Positions 46,385-55,349 of a stretch of 64,000 nt of DNA are shown piece after piece (positions within the stretch are counted from its first letter, which is position 1; every line of letters starts with the position of its first letter). This DNA comes from Candidatus Poribacteria bacterium (GTDB taxonomy: Bacteria > Poribacteria > WGA-4E > WGA-3G), in assembly GCA_965205015.1 (NCBI GenBank), contig OZ242029.1:2112001-2176000 (forward strand). The letters are read 5' to 3'. A program made the position numbers and the translations under genes. The notes under the pieces are model-generated. The model was not told the origin of the DNA, made no database searches, and saw only the letters and a program-made list of their open reading frames with translations.

Positions 46385-46413
46385 TTGACAATCCTCAATA
46401 AAGTGGGTATAAT
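46385..46413 (+). promoter_or_regulatory. Sigma-70 promoter of the tRNA/ribosomal protein cluster
   Basis: TTGACA-17 nt-TATAAT, 10 nt upstream of tRNA-Thr. Confidence 0.85.
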
Positions 46414-46423
46414 TAAAAGTGCT

Positions 46424-46495
46424 GCTGACGTGGCTCAATGGTAGAGCAAGTGATTTGTAATCACTAGGTTGGAGGTTCGATTCCTCTCGTCAGCT
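46424..46495 (+). tRNA. tRNA-Thr(TGT)
   Basis: GCTGACG/CGTCAGC acceptor, AGTGA-TTTGTAA-TCACT anticodon arm. Confidence 0.95.
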
Positions 46496-46503
46496 TTTTT
46501 AAT

Positions 46504-46585
46504 GGGGGTATGCTAGAGCGGTCAAATAGGGCAGACTGTAAATCTGTTGGCTATGCCTACGGTGGTTCGAATCCATCTGCCCCCA
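46504..46585 (+). tRNA. tRNA-Tyr(GTA)
   Basis: GGGGGTA/TGCCCCC acceptor, GCAGA-CTGTAAA-TCTGT, long variable arm. Confidence 0.95.
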
Positions 46586-46604
46586 TCTCTTTTTATTAGA
46601 TGCT

Positions 46605-46677
46605 GCGGGAGTAGCTCAGCTGGTAGAGCATTGGCCTTCCAAGCCATGTGTCGCGGGTTCGATTCCCGTCTCCCGCT
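46605..46677 (+). tRNA. tRNA-Gly(TCC)
   Basis: GCGGGAG/CTCCCGC acceptor, TGGC-CTTCCAA-GCCA. Confidence 0.95.
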
Positions 46678-46697
46678 TGTCGGTGTTTATTATCTTT

Positions 46698-46773
<76 letters not shown>

Positions 46774-46797
46774 CTTATCGAAAGTAGAGGGTTTATT

Positions 46798-46950
46798 ATG
46801 CCCAGAGACATTGTAGTATTAGCATGTGATGCATGTAGTCAACGGAATTATGTGACAACCCGAAACCGCCGGACGAACCAAAACCGGTACGAACGGAAAA
46901 AATACTGTCGCTTCTGTCGAAAGCATACATCCCACAAGGAAACACGATAA
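46798..46950 (+). CDS. rpmG: 50S ribosomal protein L33 (Zn-binding type)
   Basis: [16 protein letters not shown]...[17 protein letters not shown]. Confidence 0.95.
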   Translation: MPRDIVVLACDACSQRNYVTTRNRRTNQNRYERKKYCRFCRKHTSHKETR

Positions 46951-47020
46951 CTTTTTGGATAGGGACGATAACACCACTCTGATTATCGAATGGGTGCGTG
47001 ATCTCCTACGAAAAACTTGC

Positions 47021-47094
47021 AGGCCAGTAGCTCCAACGGCTAGAGCGTCGGTCTCCAAAACCGAATGTTGGGGGTTCGAATCCCTCCTGGCCTG
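47021..47094 (+). tRNA. tRNA-Trp(CCA)
   Basis: AGGCCAG/CTGGCCT acceptor, TCGGT-CTCCAAA-ACCGA; canonical position before secE. Confidence 0.95.
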
Positions 47095-47108
47095 CCTTTA
47101 ATAATCTT

Positions 47109-47531
47109 ATGATAGCTCGTTTGAAAAATTACATTCAGGGAATTAATCAAGAATGGCAAAGAGTGTCTAAGCCGGACGCCAAAGAGGTCCAAGGCAGCAC
47201 CATTACTGTCATCATCGCTTCCGCCGTATTAGGACTTTTCATCGGGTTAGTCGATGGCAACTCCGCTTTTCCAAAATGGAACAACCCACTTGGGTGGATC
47301 TTTCTGGCGGCTCTTCCAATCGTTGTTTTCTTTATTATGCGAAGTTGGGAGAATCAACCGCAAAGTAGTAGGGAAGCCGAATTGTCTGGCGGGAACGACG
47401 GGAATCGGAAAGTGATAGCGGCGGCAGTAGCCTGTATCCCTTTAATCGCTGTACTTGTAACCCAGTATGCCCTCAATAGTTCCCTTGAAGGTTTCGGTAT
47501 GGCTTTCCTCAGGACGCTCTTTATTCGTTAA
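47109..47531 (+). CDS. secE: Preprotein translocase subunit SecE with extra C-terminal TM segments
   Basis: EWQRVSKP (ELxKVxWP-like) followed by TM ...FIGLVD; lies between tRNA-Trp and nusG. Confidence 0.85.
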   Translation: MIARLKNYIQGINQEWQRVSKPDAKEVQGSTITVIIASAVLGLFIGLVDGNSAFPKWNNPLGWIFLAALPIVVFFIMRSWENQPQSSREAELSGGNDGNRKVIAAAVACIPLIAVLVTQYALNSSLEGFGMAFLRTLFIR

Positions 47532-47562
47532 TCATAATGTGCATACGCTGGTGAACCGGAAT

Positions 47563-48129
47563 ATGGATGGATACTGGTACGTCGTTCAAATATACACTGG
47601 ACATGAGAAAAAGGTTAAACTTAACCTTGACAACATGATCGTGAGGGAAGAGTTACAGGACGAAATCCTGCAAGTTAATGTCCCGGAGACTGAGGTTGTA
47701 GAGGTTAAAGACAGCCAACGGAAAGTGAGTCTCCGGCCTTCTTATCCGGGGTATGTCCTTGTGAATACCACCCATGAACTCGGTCCACATGTTGACAATC
47801 CGGTTGGGCAAAAGAGTTGGGCTCTCATACAAGAGACACCGGGAGTCATGAACTTTTTAGGACCCACCTCACATCCATCACCGCTCAGCCCTGATGATGT
47901 TGAAGCAATGCTCCAGATGTCAACCGAGGAAGAGGAAGCCCCACCAGTGCCCGCAATGGAATATGAAGTAGGCGATAAGGTCAAGGTGATAAACGGTCCG
48001 TTTAGTGGATTCCCTGGCGAAATTGAGGAAATTGACATGGAGCACCAACGATTACGCCTCAGCATTTCGCTTTTCGGTCGCTCTACCTCCGTTGACTTGG
48101 GCTTACTCGAAGTGGAAGAATTGAACTAA
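47563..48129 (+). CDS. nusG: Transcription termination/antitermination factor NusG
   Basis: WYVVQIYTGHE, YPGYVLV, TPGVMNFLG, KOW GDKVKVINGPF, FGRST. Confidence 0.96.
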   Translation: MDGYWYVVQIYTGHEKKVKLNLDNMIVREELQDEILQVNVPETEVVEVKDSQRKVSLRPSYPGYVLVNTTHELGPHVDNPVGQKSWALIQETPGVMNFLGPTSHPSPLSPDDVEAMLQMSTEEEEAPPVPAMEYEVGDKVKVINGPFSGFPGEIEEIDMEHQRLRLSISLFGRSTSVDLGLLEVEELN

Positions 48130-48230
48130 ACGCGAACGGCGTTGTTGAAAGGGAACCGTGATTGTGAGCTCACGTCGTCTTAACTTAAAACGCAACTTGG
48201 AACGCTCACAACCCAAAATAGGAAAAAACA

Positions 48231-48653
48231 ATGGCAAAGAAAGTAGCGGGTGAAGTTAAACTCCAGTTAGTATCCGGACAGGCGACACCACAACCGCCCG
48301 TTGGTCCCAGTCTCGCACCTTACATGATTAATCTACAGGAGTTTATCAAATCGTTTAACGCCCAGACGCAGCACCAAACCGGAATGGTGGTGACAACCGT
48401 CATCACCTGTTATAGTGATCGGTCGTTTAGTTTCAGTGTAAAGTCACCACCTGCCGCCGTCTTACTCAAGTCCGCAGCAAAGATTGCCAAAGGTTCTGGT
48501 GAACCCAATCGAAACAAGGTCGCTTCCGTTACAATGGAGCAAATTCGAGAAATCGCACAGACAAAATTGCCCGACTTAAATACGACAGACTTAGAGGCAG
48601 CAATGCGAATGGTAGAAGGAACCGCTCGTAGCATGGGGCTGACGATTAATTAG
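48231..48653 (+). CDS. rplK: 50S ribosomal protein L11
   Basis: [22 protein letters not shown]. Confidence 0.96.
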   Translation: MAKKVAGEVKLQLVSGQATPQPPVGPSLAPYMINLQEFIKSFNAQTQHQTGMVVTTVITCYSDRSFSFSVKSPPAAVLLKSAAKIAKGSGEPNRNKVASVTMEQIREIAQTKLPDLNTTDLEAAMRMVEGTARSMGLTIN

Positions 48654-48748
48654 CAGGACTTATTCATCTGACGAAGTACAGCATCGTGGATATACGGATA
48701 AGTTCACTTTGAAACGGGGCTATACAGATATAGCCCATGGAGAACAAC

Positions 48749-49447
48749 ATGGCGAAAAGAGGGAAGCGATACCGCGGCATCAACGAACACGTAGACAGAC
48801 TCCAACTTTACACGATAGACGAGGCCGTCTCGCTGGTGAAAAAAACAGGCAGCACCAAGTTTGATGAAACCGTGGATTTGGCATCACGTCTCGGCATAGA
48901 CGCCCGACAGGCAGACCAGAATATCCGAGGCACTGTCGCACTGCCACATGGAACAGGAAAATCTGTCCGTGTTGTCGTATTCGCCCAAGGCGATCTGGCA
49001 CGACAAGCCGAAGAAGCCGGGGCAGATTTCGTCGGAACAGACGAACTTGTTGATAAAATCGTTGATGGGTGGCTCGATTTTGACGCAACAATCGCAACAC
49101 CCGACCTGATGCGAAGTATTATGCCTAAACTCGGGCGAGTTCTTGGACCCAGAGGCTTAATGCCGAATGCCAAGGCAGGTACCGTCACAATGGATGTCGC
49201 CGAAACCATCCAAGATATCAAAGCCGGACAAATCGAATACCGAGTAGAACGCTCCTCCGGTATCGTTCATGTCCCAATCGGCAAAGTGTCATTTGAGGAA
49301 GAAAGTATTAAACAGAACCTCAACGCAGTGATGAGTGCACTCGTTGCCGCTCGTCCGTCCGCGGTGAAAGGCAGATACATTCGGAGTGTTGCTATATCAG
49401 CAACAATGGGAGCTGCCATTCGGATAGATCCCCAGCAATTTGCATGA
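48749..49447 (+). CDS. rplA: 50S ribosomal protein L1
   Basis: [28 protein letters not shown]. Confidence 0.97.
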   Translation: MAKRGKRYRGINEHVDRLQLYTIDEAVSLVKKTGSTKFDETVDLASRLGIDARQADQNIRGTVALPHGTGKSVRVVVFAQGDLARQAEEAGADFVGTDELVDKIVDGWLDFDATIATPDLMRSIMPKLGRVLGPRGLMPNAKAGTVTMDVAETIQDIKAGQIEYRVERSSGIVHVPIGKVSFEEESIKQNLNAVMSALVAARPSAVKGRYIRSVAISATMGAAIRIDPQQFA

Positions 49448-49487
49448 TCCGCGCGGGATACGATATGGAATTGTCCTACAGCTGAAT

Positions 49488-49640
49488 AGAGTCGTAGAAC
49501 GTAGGTGCCATTGGCTTAATTGCCTACCGAGGCTTGAATGCAACAGAACAAGTGATGGATGATTGAAGCATCCGTGAAGTCGCTTTGTACACTGTTTGCT
49601 CCTCTTTGGATCTAAGCCTCCAGGCACCTGGGGGCTTTTT
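49488..49640 (+). promoter_or_regulatory. L10 leader-like autoregulatory RNA with attenuator hairpin
   Basis: GTAGAACGTAGG...TTAA..CCTACCGAGG core upstream of rplJ; hairpin AAGCCTCCAGG/CCTGGGGGCTT plus U-tract at 49614-49640. Confidence 0.6.
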
Positions 49641-49733
49641 GCATGCAATCGTATACCGAATCGATAGGTGTATAGGGAAACCAAGGTATCGCGCGCTGGT
49701 TACTATACAACCGATATAGAAAGGAACTAAAAC

Positions 49734-50300
49734 ATGCCGAATGAGGCGAATGTTCAGCAAACAGAACAAATTCGTGAGATTTTTGACAATGCCGATGTTG
49801 TTCTACTAACGGACTTTCAGGGGCTGACAGTCGCAGAAATTAACGAACTGCGAAACCAGCTTCGAGCAGCCGATATCCGCTATAAGGTCTGTAAGAATAC
49901 ATTGGTAAACGTCGTCGCTCAAGAAAGAGGTATTGATGGCTTAGCCCCTTATCTCAAAGGGAATACAGCCCTCGCTACGGGTACAGATCCAGCGACATCT
50001 TCAAAAATCTTGCTTGAATTTGGCGAGGAACACGAAAATTTTAAAATTAAAGGTGGCATTCTCGGGACGCGAATCATCGATGCCGTAGGCGTTGAAGCCC
50101 TCAAAGATATGCCATCACGAGATGTCCTGATTGCCCGCACCGTCGGGATGATCGGTGCGCCTCTCACAGGACTCATCAACACCTTAAATCAGGGTTCACC
50201 TATTACAGGAATGGTGAACGTACTCAGTGGAACGATACGGCAGGTAGCCTCTGTACTAACACAGGTTGCCGACCAAAAGAAAGAGGCGGAAGACGCCTAA
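49734..50300 (+). CDS. rplJ: 50S ribosomal protein L10
   Basis: DFQGLTVAEINELR, VCKNTL, IKGG. Confidence 0.95.
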   Translation: MPNEANVQQTEQIREIFDNADVVLLTDFQGLTVAEINELRNQLRAADIRYKVCKNTLVNVVAQERGIDGLAPYLKGNTALATGTDPATSSKILLEFGEEHENFKIKGGILGTRIIDAVGVEALKDMPSRDVLIARTVGMIGAPLTGLINTLNQGSPITGMVNVLSGTIRQVASVLTQVADQKKEAEDA

Positions 50301-50414
50301 CCCAAAGCACTTCCAGTGCTTATATCAAATATTGAGGGAGACCAAGTCCCCAAGACTTGATCAGAAAATCTCTAATCAAGTTAATTTGATACGACACATA
50401 GAGAGGATAAAAAT

Positions 50415-50819
50415 ATGGCCGCAGATATGGAAAAATTGATTGACGAAATTAGCAATATGACCGTTCTGGAACTTTCTGAACTCGTCAAAGCCTTAGAGGA
50501 TAAATTCGGAGTCAGTGCGTCAGCCGCGCCAGCAATTGCTATGCCCGGAATGATGCCAGCCGCTGCCGCTGCTGGAGATGGAGAAGAAGCCGCTGAAGCC
50601 GCAGAGCAAACAGAATTCGACGTTCAGCTCAAAGACTTCGGTTCCAAAAAGATTCCAGTTATCAAAGAGGTTCGCGCGATTACTGGACTTGGGTTGAAGG
50701 AAGCGAAAGAGAAAGTCGAATCCGCACCGGTCGTCATTCAAGAAGGCATTGCCAAAGAGGAAGCCGAGAAAACGAAAGAACAACTCGAAGCCGTCGGTGC
50801 TGAAGTCGAAATTATATAG
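50415..50819 (+). CDS. rplL: 50S ribosomal protein L7/L12
   Basis: [37 protein letters not shown]. Confidence 0.97.
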   Translation: MAADMEKLIDEISNMTVLELSELVKALEDKFGVSASAAPAIAMPGMMPAAAAAGDGEEAAEAAEQTEFDVQLKDFGSKKIPVIKEVRAITGLGLKEAKEKVESAPVVIQEGIAKEEAEKTKEQLEAVGAEVEII

Positions 50820-51033
50820 ACGGGAGCATACCGTCCTATATCACAAACAGCGCGCCTTTAAACTGCGCACGACTGGTAAACCCATTATGGTTCTTGAGCA
50901 TAGCGATGCCCAAATTCATCGCTCTACGGCGAACTATAGTGGGTTTCCTTTTTTGTAACCGATGGTTATCAATTAGTAAAAACACCTTCCCTATCGTCTT
51001 GAGCCCCAGCGAGGCGACATTTGTGTGGCACCG

Positions 51034-51876
51034 ATGTTCAGTATCGTTGATGTTTTCTATCTTGTTTTCAGCCAACTCGCGGTGGGTGGGTTTGCGCTCC
51101 TTCTTTTGGTCCCTACAGGATTAGTGGGTTCGAATTTCTACCGTTTGATGGGTAGTATCTATCTACTCGTGAGCGGATTATCACGATGTGCAAACCTTGC
51201 GCTCCATCAGCAGCCCGTCACATTTCACAACTTCTTCGGGGCTTGGCAGAATCCCGAGTCTATTTCTGTTATCTGCTTCGTTCTCATTGTCCTCATCTAC
51301 ACACTGAGTTGGTGGTTCAAAACACCCCTCCTTACCCGGTGCCTCTTCTTTAGTGGACTTATTTGCGGCGTGGCGTGGCTGATTTTGAGTACTCAGCGGT
51401 ATCTTCAAGTCATACAACTTCCAAGTGAAATGTTCTTGTTATCACTTCAATTCTTGACTGCTGCCGCGCTCCTCGGTGCCGTCCACACCGGGATGTGGTT
51501 TGGTCATTGGTACCTCGTGGTGCCTGATTTACCTGTCGTTTATCTGAAACGATTTAATACTGTCCTGCTCTGTGCACTTTCCGGGGTAGTGCTGCTGCTC
51601 TGCCTGAACCTTTTTTTCAGACAGCAATCCACAGATACCATATCTTTTAACCTCTTCTATCAAATCATCTTCAGCATGCGGGTGCTCATAGGTATCGGTG
51701 GTACGTTGTTCCTCTACTTCATTACGTGGGACTGCTTGCGTCCGAAATCCGTCGCCCGCGATGTACTCGGTGCGACGCGAGCTGCCACAGGTTTCCTCTT
51801 TATTGCCATCATCACAGTGCTTCTCGGTGAGTTCTGCAGTCGACTGCTGCTTCTGGAAATGCGGTTTATCTTCTGA
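51034..51876 (+). CDS. Polytopic membrane protein of unknown function
   Basis: About 8 TM segments; GMWFGHWYLV and ATGFLFIA motifs. Confidence 0.7.
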   Translation: MFSIVDVFYLVFSQLAVGGFALLLLVPTGLVGSNFYRLMGSIYLLVSGLSRCANLALHQQPVTFHNFFGAWQNPESISVICFVLIVLIYTLSWWFKTPLLTRCLFFSGLICGVAWLILSTQRYLQVIQLPSEMFLLSLQFLTAAALLGAVHTGMWFGHWYLVVPDLPVVYLKRFNTVLLCALSGVVLLLCLNLFFRQQSTDTISFNLFYQIIFSMRVLIGIGGTLFLYFITWDCLRPKSVARDVLGATRAATGFLFIAIITVLLGEFCSRLLLLEMRFIF

Positions 51877-51972
51877 ACCCTCAAATCCCGTAGAAGGAGA
51901 AATTAAAAATTGGAATTTAAATTTCAGATATGCTAAAATAATGGCATTCATTAAAGATTTAAGGAGGCACTA

Positions 51973-53043
51973 ATGAAATCCCAAATTTTCTATGAACCCG
52001 AATCAATGAGCCTCGAAGATCGGCCCGTGCCAGCAGCCGGAGACAATGACCTACTCGTACAGGTCCGTTCGGTAGGCATCTGTGGTTCGGACGTAGCATA
52101 TTATTTTGGCAATAGTTCGCTTGAAACCGATGACGGGAAAGGACCCCTTATCCTTGGACATGAATTTACGGGTGAAGTCGTTGAGGTTGGCAGCGAAGCA
52201 GGAAAAACAGGTGGATTCAAAGTAGGGGATCGAGTTGTCGTCAATCCTGTGCAATCAAATCCAGAGTCCTTCTGGAGTAAGAAAGGATTGTCTAACTTGT
52301 GTCCCGAAAAACGCGTCTTAGGTGTAGGTGTTGATGGTGGCTTCGCCGAGTACGCAGTTTCAGACTATCGTTGGACAGTCAGGTTACCCGAAAACGTGAC
52401 CTATGACCAAGGTGCCCTAACAGAGCCACTCGCATGTGGACTCTATGCTGTCAACAATCTCAACGCTGAAGAAGGTCAAACCGCAGTCGTTTTTGGACCC
52501 GGGCCCATCGGACTAATGATGGTGCAAGTTCTGAAAAGCCGCGGCTTGAAGAACGTCCTGCTTGTCGGGACCCGTGATTATCGCTTGGACTGCGGTAAGG
52601 AACTCGGGGCTGACGGAGTCGTCAACGTTAGTGATACCAACTCTCCACACTATGTGGAAGACTTAGGGGCTATGATTCAGGAACTCAACGATGGCGAATT
52701 GGCAGATCGTGCAATTACGGCGACCAGTTCACTGGACGCGATTCACACCGCCTTAGAAGTTACAGGTAGACACGCAACTGTCGTTATCTTCGGACTTCCT
52801 GGCGATACGGATGTAATGCAGGTCCCTATCCTTGATACGATTCTTATGGACAAAACCATCAGGTTCTCTTGGCTGGCACCTGATACATGGGAAGAAGCAG
52901 TACAGCTCATTTCAAGTGGCGATGTCAACATGGACAAAATCATCAGCCACGAATTCTCGCTCGAATCACTCGTCGAAGGGATAACAAAGGTACGTAATCG
53001 TGAGGACGCTTGTACGAAGGGCTTGATAAAAGTTTCTGATTAA
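51973..53043 (+). CDS. Zn-dependent medium-chain alcohol/polyol dehydrogenase
   Basis: GICGSD, LGHEFTG, EPLAC, GPGPIG. Confidence 0.9.
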   Translation: MKSQIFYEPESMSLEDRPVPAAGDNDLLVQVRSVGICGSDVAYYFGNSSLETDDGKGPLILGHEFTGEVVEVGSEAGKTGGFKVGDRVVVNPVQSNPESFWSKKGLSNLCPEKRVLGVGVDGGFAEYAVSDYRWTVRLPENVTYDQGALTEPLACGLYAVNNLNAEEGQTAVVFGPGPIGLMMVQVLKSRGLKNVLLVGTRDYRLDCGKELGADGVVNVSDTNSPHYVEDLGAMIQELNDGELADRAITATSSLDAIHTALEVTGRHATVVIFGLPGDTDVMQVPILDTILMDKTIRFSWLAPDTWEEAVQLISSGDVNMDKIISHEFSLESLVEGITKVRNREDACTKGLIKVSD

Positions 53044-53055
53044 CCTATAAATGAT

Positions 53056-53400
53056 ATGGGCATCCCATTTTTCATCCTTTTTGTCCTTTCAATCGCTTTC
53101 TTATCTCTTGGAATAACTGGATGGGGTGGCTTCGTTTCGGTGGAATGGCCGCAGCAGGACTCAGCTGACGCAAAGACCGACACCGTAGCTGTCACCCCTT
53201 ACCTCAGTTTTCAACCAAACTACTGGGCGATCGCACAGTGTTTCATAGGATTTCTGCTGTTTTTAGCGAGCCTCTATTTTATGGGCTTTTTTCTCTATCT
53301 TGAAGAACGAGAAAGCGGCAGAATCATGAAAAACATAAAAAGTTTTGCCAAACTCAGGCAGTTTCTTGAGCGACGCCAGAAGGGGGACCTGTCACAATGA
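53056..53400 (+). CDS. Small 2-TM membrane protein
   Basis: Two hydrophobic stretches; the stop overlaps the next start (ATGA). Confidence 0.55.
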   Translation: MGIPFFILFVLSIAFLSLGITGWGGFVSVEWPQQDSADAKTDTVAVTPYLSFQPNYWAIAQCFIGFLLFLASLYFMGFFLYLEERESGRIMKNIKSFAKLRQFLERRQKGDLSQ

Positions 53401-54245
53401 ATTCTCTCCTAAGATGCCTTGTTGACAAATCCAAGCGGTGCAGGATGCTCGTAGGCTTCGGGATCGCATTCCTCACCCTATACTCTGCTACGACAAGCAA
53501 CGCCAAAATTGATCCAAAGACGGTTGTCGGAATCTGGCTTTTCGATGAAGGGAGTGGAAAAATTGCCCAAGATTTGTCCGGGAACGATAACGATGGCGAA
53601 CTCAAAGAAGGCACGAAATGGGAAAACGGACAGTTCGGACAAGCCGTCATCTTCGATGGAAAAGATGATTACGTTGAAATCGCCCCGTCACCTCTGTTCA
53701 ATCCCGAGGTATTCACAGTCACTTTCTGGATGCATCCAACGACTGTTGGCGGCAATAATCCAGCGGGGAAGGGATCAGCCACGCTCATCATCGCAAACGG
53801 GAACCCAGGGGACGGTGGGGGCGCGAATTGGTGGTTTGAATTCTGGAACGGTGGTAACTTTGAATTCAAAAGTTGCCAAGCCGGTTGTGCTGCAGCGAAC
53901 ACACCGGTGAATACGCCGAACGAATGGTATTTTGTCGCCGGTATCTACAACGGCACTGAATACGAACTCTATATTGATGGCGCATTTAAGTCGAAGGGAC
54001 CCAATAAGGTCGGTGAGCCTGAAAAAGGTTTACTCATCGGAAGTGGACTCTGCCCGGCAGGGCACGGGTGTGACGAGGGCTACTTCAAGGGCATTATCGA
54101 CGATGTGGCAATGTTCAGTGATGCCTTGAGTGAGGCGGATATCAAAACACTTATGGATGAAGGTGTCGGCAAAGTTCTTGGTGTTGCTCCGGTGGAACCT
54201 ACAGATAAACTGACGACGACGTGGGGCGATCTGAAAACGCGCTAA
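53397..54245 (+). CDS. Exported LamG/concanavalin-like domain protein with KLTTTWG tail
   Basis: GIWLFDEGSG, FDGKDDYV, WYFVAGIYNG, LYIDG, FKGIIDDV; ends PVEPTDKLTTTWGDLK. Confidence 0.85.
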   Translation: MNSLLRCLVDKSKRCRMLVGFGIAFLTLYSATTSNAKIDPKTVVGIWLFDEGSGKIAQDLSGNDNDGELKEGTKWENGQFGQAVIFDGKDDYVEIAPSPLFNPEVFTVTFWMHPTTVGGNNPAGKGSATLIIANGNPGDGGGANWWFEFWNGGNFEFKSCQAGCAAANTPVNTPNEWYFVAGIYNGTEYELYIDGAFKSKGPNKVGEPEKGLLIGSGLCPAGHGCDEGYFKGIIDDVAMFSDALSEADIKTLMDEGVGKVLGVAPVEPTDKLTTTWGDLKTR

Positions 54246-54264
54246 AGAGGTCATTCCGAGCAGT

Positions 54265-55344
54265 ATGAGACGACAATCAAAAAATGACTTACTTCTTCGC
54301 GCATCGAGATGTCTGCCGGTGGAACGTGTCCCAGTGTGGATGATGCGGCAAGCCGGCAGATCAGATCCTGTTTATCGACAGATGCGACGTGAGCTGAATC
54401 TCCCATTGGAACGCCTCTTTCGGACCTGCCCCGCACCAATGTCCGAAACCGAGGTTGAATCAGCCGTCAAAATATCGCTGCTGCCCAAACGTATCGGGGT
54501 CGATGCCATCATTGTCTACAAAGACATTCTTACCCCCCTCGCACCCATGGGCGCGCATTTCCGATTCGATCCAGGTCCCATTTTAAACCCACCCATTTGC
54601 ACGCAAACACAAATAGACGCACTCCGACCCGTTGATGAGCCCGCTACACAATTGGCGTTCACAGGAAAAGTCATTCGCAAACTACGCGAAACCTTGAATG
54701 AGGAACTACCCCTCATCGGTTTTGCTGGGGCACCTTTGACGCTTGCTTTTTTCCTCATCGCAGGGGAAAGTCCGATCAAACGCGGTTCGGGAGTATCTGA
54801 AAAAGCTTCTCCGGTCTTCCGAATGATGGAGGAAGCACCTGAACTGTTACATCGTCTTCTAAACAAGTTGACTGATATGACTATTAACTACTTGAACTAC
54901 CAAATCAGCGAAGGGGTTCAAATAGTGCAACTTTTTGAGTCCATCGCCGATGTCTTACCGCGGCAGATATATGAAGAGTTCGCTTTTCCTTATCATCAAC
55001 AAATTTTCGCTGAACTCAATTCAGAGGCCCCCGGAATCCTATTCGCAAAAGAATGTCGCTATGTAGATTTAATGCATCGGAGTGGAGCAAACGTTCTAAG
55101 CATTGGAAAATGTGTGGATCTTAGCCAAGCCAAGGCAAACACTAATGGTGCTGTCGCCTTTCAAGGAAACGTCGATAACGACATTCTTCGCGATGGCACA
55201 CTCGCTGACATCACAGAGGCTGTTGAGACGTGTCTAAAACAGGGCGGAAAAACTGGACATATTTTGAACCTCAGCCACGGTTTACACAGAGATACGCCAT
55301 TTGAGAATGTTAAGCATTTCGTACATATCGCAAAAACACTTTAG
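54265..55344 (+). CDS. hemE: Uroporphyrinogen decarboxylase
   Basis: PVWMMRQAGR, DIL, LIGFAGAPLTLA, QGNVD, HILNLSHG. Confidence 0.95.
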   Translation: MRRQSKNDLLLRASRCLPVERVPVWMMRQAGRSDPVYRQMRRELNLPLERLFRTCPAPMSETEVESAVKISLLPKRIGVDAIIVYKDILTPLAPMGAHFRFDPGPILNPPICTQTQIDALRPVDEPATQLAFTGKVIRKLRETLNEELPLIGFAGAPLTLAFFLIAGESPIKRGSGVSEKASPVFRMMEEAPELLHRLLNKLTDMTINYLNYQISEGVQIVQLFESIADVLPRQIYEEFAFPYHQQIFAELNSEAPGILFAKECRYVDLMHRSGANVLSIGKCVDLSQAKANTNGAVAFQGNVDNDILRDGTLADITEAVETCLKQGGKTGHILNLSHGLHRDTPFENVKHFVHIAKTL

Positions 55345-55349
55345 GAAAA

